Shown here: positions 60,368-64,000 of the stretch, piece after piece | Position numbering within the stretch: the first letter of the stretch is position 1 | Layout: every line of letters begins with the position of its first letter | NCBI RefSeq assembly: GCF_963921235.1 | Contig: NC_086100.1 | Span: 75,578,001-75,642,000, forward strand | Origin: Mobula hypostoma | Taxonomy: Eukaryota | Direction: 5' to 3' | DNA length: 64,000 nt | Translations under genes and position numbers: made by a program | The notes under the pieces: model-generated | The model's input: the letters and a program-made list of their open reading frames with translations, nothing else | Told to the model about the DNA's origin: nothing | The model's database searches: none

Positions 60368-60908
60368 CACTCAGTGGCCACTTTATTAGGTACACCTGCT
60401 CGTTAATACAGATATCTAATCAGCCAACCAATCATGTGGCAGTAACTCAATGCATAAAAGCATTCAGATATGGTCAAGAGGTTTAGTTATTGTTCAGACC
60501 AAACATCAGAATTGGGAAGAAATGTGTTCTAAGTGACTTTGACTGTGGAATTTTTGTTGGTGCCAGATGGTATGGTTTGAATGTCCCAGGAAATGCTGAT
60601 CTCCTGAGATTTTCACACACACCATTGGCTAGCGTTTACAGAGAATGGTATGAAAAACAACATAAAATCCAATGAGCAGCAGTTCTGATGAGGGAAGTCA
60701 GAGGAGAAAGGCCAGACAGGTTCAAACTGACAGGGAAGTGACAGTTACTGAAATAACAACCCGTAACAACAGTGGTATGCAGAAGAACATCACTGAATGC
60801 ACAACACGTTGAACAGTGGACAAGCTACAGTAGCAGAAAACCATGAACATACACTCAATCTCCACTTTATTAAGCACAGGAGATACCTAATAAAATGGCT
60901 ACTGAATG
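60368..60908 (+). mobile_element. Non-autonomous Tc1 element
   Basis: TIR CACTCAGTGGCCACTTTATTAGGTA; right TIR tacctaataaaatggctactgaatg followed by TA; transposase N-terminus KK..LSDFDCGIFVGAR; extra internal TIR at 60852. Confidence 0.9.
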
Positions 60909-63827
60909 TATAACAGAAATCCCCAGGAAAAGTGGGCTAAAATATATTCTGAAAGTCTTGGCATTGCACAAAATTACATTATATTAGTGAAAGAATAAAT
61001 TGAAACCTGATTGTTTTTTTTTGCAAATACTGCATTCATCAAAGTGCATCCGCTTATATTCAGTGATAAAACTAAAGGCAGGGCAGAAAAAGTAATTTTA
61101 AAATGCTACCTGTTTGTACCTTTCTTTAAGTCAGGAAGCTGGACTCAAATCCTCCCTGTGTGCCCTTAATGACCACAATCCTCTATCAGCATTAGCTTTA
61201 TCTGGAAACCCCTCAAGTTCCTGACTCCAAAAAAAGTAAAAATGAAGGTCAATGTTTGTGGCAGAGACAGTAATTCAAAGAATCTTACGGACCATGGTGT
61301 CTGTTTCAGCTCTTTGAAGAGTGCTGTTTAAAAGTAAATTTAGCATCAGTGAGAGACCTGTATGCACTACAACTCCACCCAACTATTATATGATATTGTA
61401 ACTAATTTTACCAGTATTATTGTTGCATGTTACAGGACTACAGGACTAAAAGCTAATACCCTCATTGAATGTTACAGAGTGACAGATCTATGCACACCAA
61501 TACTTTAACCTGGTGTTATACTATGATACGTTTCAACCCATCAACACAGTATCATAGTGTTTTAATTGACAGTTCTGTGTCTAGCTGTACCTTACTTGAA
61601 AGTTATAAAAGACAGACCTGTGCCCAACGCCCCCCCCCAGTCTTTTGCAGTCATATAGTTGGGCCTACCTCTACATTATCCAGGGCTACATGGTGCTTTA
61701 GTGCTATACCCCAGAATTATACAAAACCAGTGTTCGATGATATAAAGACAGACCCACATCCACTTGCAATCTACCCACTGTAGTGGACCTATAGCCAACA
61801 GTACTGTAACCCAGCCTGAATAATTTACAAATGCAGCAGTTGGCAGTCTCTGCAGTGCCACACCATTACCGTTAACAATCATGGGAAGCAGGCCCCAACA
61901 TTAAGGCATTTTCTCCATGCAGACATAGTAGAAGAGGCTGGAGAGCGGAGAGCAGAGAGCTTGTGTGTGGTTGGTTGTAGGGGTAGAGGAAGAGGTAGCA
62001 GCCACATGCTCACACAGGGTTTGGTCACACTCAGCTCCCCTGTCCTGCCCTGATACTCATTTTCATACCCTAGCCACTGTCAGTCACTTTTTCACAATGC
62101 AGAACAGATGTTGGTTGTAGCAGTCAGACTAGTGCAACCCAGATACTACAGAAGCTGATCAATCTGGCAGGCACACAAGCGACATCCATGTCCTAATAGG
62201 AACTGCTTAATTCGCATATGCCATTTTAATATGGGCTTTGTTCCTTGTTTTATTTTGAGTGAGTAATACTGGCCATAGGTGCACATATTACTCAAACTTC
62301 AATCATTAGTAAAGAATTGAGTATTGCACATATTGATGCATCACAGATGTGAATGATACTGTTAAAATGGCCTCCATGCTGACATGAATTGTGCCCAAAA
62401 CCAGATGGTCCATTTTCTCAATGTCCACTGTCAATCATGCTCAAACATGCGTAAAATACTTTTTGTGTGCCTTTAATACATTAAAACAGTGCAATGTTTA
62501 GTTGTAATTCAGGATAATCCCCGCATTGTGTTTTTCCAAGCCACCACATCACCCTGGTGTAACGTCTTGGCTCAGCCAAATAAACAGGGAGATCCAGAGC
62601 CAAAAAGAGAAAGAAAGAAGTGAAAATTCCTTTCCATCTCCTCTGGATCAGAGAAAGAGTGGATCACATTGGCCATCTGTTTGATTTAAACATTTATCAT
62701 CAAGCTATCCAAGTAATCATTCCTACGCATTCCTAGCTACAGTACACAATTTCAACTAAGTCGTGCAGTAAAGCCCCATAGATTTTGATACGATAAAAAT
62801 ATCCTGAAGCTAGTCCTTAAATCTATAAATATTTGAAAATAATAAAGCCGGCACTTTTTTGAATGACTTTTTTGTTTTTCATGGCATACTTGTTTTTGCT
62901 GGCAAGTCAATAGCCAGTTATTTTGTTCTTAAAAATTCTGCATTATTTCCTTCCTGATAGAGAGCTCTGGCTGATTTGTCCCTGCATCCTGTCAAAGATT
63001 AAATACAAGTTAAAAATTATATTATCAGCTCATTAACTAGACATTTTATGCAAGCCAAGAAATAACATATTGAAAATAAATGCATTTATTACAGTCTGAA
63101 AAACAAGGCAGCAATTCAGTCTACAGTTATTTGGTGTTTATGGCCTTTTCAACTAAAACACTTCATTGTAATTTCTTTTTATGAAGACATAGTCATTGAT
63201 TCATGGGGATAATTAGAAGTGCAGGAAGATTAGTGGTTGGGTGTGGTTAATATATTTTTGAGAGATTATGGATTCAATTTAGGTGGGATGTTGGGCAAGG
63301 TCTTTGAGACTGAGAGGAGTGGAGGGAGTGGGACTCTGACAGAGAGTTGTGTAAGTAGTGGGCCCCTATCTGTCAGGTTCCTAGTACCAACAAGGGACCT
63401 GGTTGCCAGCTCTGTTTTGTCATGCAAGTACAGGTCTCATCAGTGTTGTGAAGTCTTTCTTTGTATCAGTAGCTGTGTTTAGCATGGACAGTGAACACAC
63501 ACTTTAAAAAGTATAGGAATAGTTGTCGATAAGCTTTGTTGAAAACCATTGCATGTGTTTAGCTTCAGCACATCAGTCACACAAAGGACCTGAAATGAAA
63601 TTACAGATTTTGCAATCCATGTGGTAAATCTCAGGTTTTCAATCGGTTTTTATCGCTCAGAAAACCATGGTGTTATCGATCCAGTATCTCAGTGTAGTTC
63701 TTTCTATTGGGAGTGTGGATGGAGTAATCCTCTGCCTAAAAATTTACAGTATCTGGGACTTTCCAATGGAACAACTGCAACCAGATTGTTCACACTTACC
63801 AAAAATTGCCGTCGCAGCAGGAATATT

Positions 63828-63931
63828 TGATTTATAGCTACTCCTTTATTATCCATGCTGGAAGCCCCTGTTACCATGGTAATTAATGAGCTGCTTTGAC
63901 AGGTGCAGAAGGCTCACAGATGCCTTGACAG
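63828..63931. promoter_or_regulatory. Candidate developmental enhancer (Pbx-Hox, RFX X-box, homeobox, 2x Meis)
   Basis: TGATTTAT 63828-63835; GTTACCATGGTAAT 63870-63883; TAATTAAT; TGACAG 63897-63902 and 63926-63931. Confidence 0.35.
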
Positions 63932-64000
63932 CACAGTCCTTACTTCAACTGATGCTGTCTCATCTGTGTGGGTGCCTGTATGTTCAAATTGAATTCCTGA

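Noticed and set aside
40-63830. The many 60-160 aa ORFs in the six-frame track as host genes
   Set aside because: They are either TE remnants, antisense or low-complexity reads of TEs, or have no recognisable domain; many begin at non-ATG codons irrelevant to a vertebrate
63793-63880. Minus-strand donor TTG|GTAAGT with short ORF MVTGASSMDNKG...
   Set aside because: No recognisable protein; the motif content is better explained as regulatory DNA

Overview
Eukaryotic, AT-rich, repeat-dense (roughly half repeat-derived) intronic or intergenic DNA. The repeat inventory (HE1-type V-SINEs, SacSINE1-type DeuSINEs, HER1-like CR1 LINEs, abundant Penelope 3' ends) points to a cartilaginous fish, probably a ray. 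I could not support any host protein-coding exon. Every ORF with recognisable motifs is transposon-derived: CR1 RT, Penelope GIY-YIG, Vingi C-terminus, and Tigger and Tc1 transposase remnants. The first ~1.1 kb is CpG-enriched and looks like the flank of a CpG island. The most interesting signal is a family of Penelope-derived inserts carrying a minimal type-I hammerhead ribozyme motif (about 13 copies, best at 44058-44095). Several inserts start almost exactly at the ribozyme core, and several are fold-back (inverted) units, one with a perfect 13-bp target-site duplication. Other highlights: a Tigger4/Zombi-like transposon that appears to resemble the mammalian consensus even in non-coding parts (possible horizontal transfer), a Vingi LINE fragment, composite Tc1 elements built from mini-MITEs, a YY1-headed non-autonomous Rex-tail retroelement, a 101-bp collapsed Rex LINE, a clean solo LTR, a perfect 25-bp hairpin at a LINE junction, and candidate CTCF, HNF4 and Pbx-Hox/Meis/RFX regulatory sites. 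Family names come from recalled motifs, not database searches, and boundaries of decayed repeats are approximate (about +/-30 bp).
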